Source: a virus (Duplodnaviria > Caudoviricetes). From it: 36,184 nucleotides of DNA. A model generated the notes under the pieces. That model saw nothing but the letters and a program-made list of their open reading frames with translations. It made no database searches and was not told the DNA's origin. Shown in pieces: positions 35,360-36,184 of the stretch. The position numbers and the translations under genes are program-made. The stretch lies in IMG/VR virus record IMGVR_UViG_3300032216_001883, positions 1 to 36,184 of that record; one strand, 5' to 3'. The first letter of the stretch is position 1. Each line of letters opens with the position of its first letter.

Positions 35360-35814
35360 AACTAACCGCACATTTTGATTTAGCTGAGTTTACTAGAAGC
35401 GAATCAGCTAAAAGAGAAGGACTAGATAACACTCCACCACCAGAACATTTAGAAAATATAAAAATACTTTGTGAGAAAGTATTAGAACCTATAAGAGCAA
35501 GGTTTGGACCTATTAATATCTCTAGTGGATATAGAGGAAAGATGCTTAACCATTTCATTGGAGGTGCAGTAAATTCAGATCATTGCGTAGGCCGTGCAGC
35601 TGACATAGATATGGATGACACAGGAGCAGGTATCACTAATACAGACATATTCAATTACATAAAAGATAACTTAGACTACGACCAATTGATATGGGAGTTT
35701 GGTACTAAAGAAAAACCTGATTGGGTGCACGTAGGCTATAGAGGTAAAGAGAATAGAAAGCAAACACTAAGAGGAATAAAGGTAAAGGGCAAGACTACCT
35801 ACGAAGCATACTAA
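35356..35814 (+). CDS. Endolysin, peptidase M15A family
   Basis: ISSGYR, SDH..G.AADI and WVHV Zn-peptidase motifs. Confidence 0.9.
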   Translation: MKLTAHFDLAEFTRSESAKREGLDNTPPPEHLENIKILCEKVLEPIRARFGPINISSGYRGKMLNHFIGGAVNSDHCVGRAADIDMDDTGAGITNTDIFNYIKDNLDYDQLIWEFGTKEKPDWVHVGYRGKENRKQTLRGIKVKGKTTYEAY

Positions 35815-35829
35815 CCAAAACCAACCAAT

Positions 35830-36184
35830 ATGGCTAAAACCAAAAACGTGGGTATCATTGGTGATACTCATTTTCCATTTTGTCATCCCAAGTACTTAGA
35901 CTTCTGTTATGAAGTATTCAACAAGTTTCAGGTTTCTGAAATTGTCCACATTGGAGATGAGGTAGACAATCATGCAATATCATTTCACGAGCATAATCCT
36001 AATGGAGAATCAGCTTCTAAGGAGGCTGTTATGGCTATGCAACAATTAAACATTTGGTACAAGCGATTCCCTAATGTTAAAGTATGTATTGGTAATCATT
36101 CAGCCCTTCATAAAAGAAAGGCAATAGCAAACGGATTACCAGATCGTTTTATTAAATCCTATGAAGATGCTTGGGAAGCTCCTA
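35830..36184 (+). CDS. N-terminal half of a calcineurin-like metallophosphoesterase (runs off the window end)
   Basis: Translated by hand: MAKTKNVGIIGDTHFPF...HIGDEVDNH...CIGNH...WEAP, with no stop. Confidence 0.87.
   Translation, partial: MAKTKNVGIIGDTHFPFCHPKYLDFCYEVFNKFQVSEIVHIGDEVDNHAISFHEHNPNGESASKEAVMAMQQLNIWYKRFPNVKVCIGNHSALHKRKAIANGLPDRFIKSYEDAWEAP

Larger units (their letters stand above)
1..36184. mobile_element. Near-complete circularly permuted siphovirus genome (HK97-type head), probable Bacteroidota host
   Basis: Full terminase-portal-protease-capsid-tail-lysis order plus a replication module. The gene at the right end continues at position 2. TAnnTTTG promoter boxes and A-rich non-SD leaders. 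Confidence 0.93.

Noticed and set aside
1-36184. Integrase, CI repressor, DNA polymerase, or stop-codon reassignment
   Set aside because: No motifs recognised, and genes translate to full length with the standard bacterial code.

Overview
The window is an apparently complete, circularly permuted ~36.2 kb tailed-phage genome (siphovirus-type, HK97-fold capsid). The host is most likely a Bacteroidota species: TAnnTTTG -7 promoter boxes recur and the leaders are A-rich without Shine-Dalgarno sequences. A metallophosphoesterase gene is split across the window ends and rejoins in frame if one base is restored at the junction. Leftward genes (974-10443) include an early operon (three unannotated membrane micropeptides, a 79-aa protein and a Gp88-like Fe-S protein), a DnaA-domain-IV protein, a single-strand annealing protein, an initiator with internal iterons, DnaB, a PAPS-reductase-family enzyme, VRR-NUC and an SSB-like protein. 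Rightward genes (11019-36184, 1-850) cover packaging, head, tail (with a -1 frameshift chaperone), two long fibres and lysis. I recognised no integrase, repressor or DNA polymerase. The most interesting signals are non-coding: (1) a 28-bp dif-like XerC/D site with an adjacent KOPS octamer where transcription diverges, just upstream of terS; (2) strong GGCC enrichment confined to the early operon; (3) two arrays of abutting, mutually different palindromes, each next to a copy of a ~95-bp element, bracketing the early/dif/terS segment; (4) a kissing-loop/terminator RNA leader in front of the replication operon; (5) a 48-nt tRNA-like element; (6) a G9 tract in the PAPS-reductase-like gene. All protein calls come from reading motifs by eye, not from database searches.
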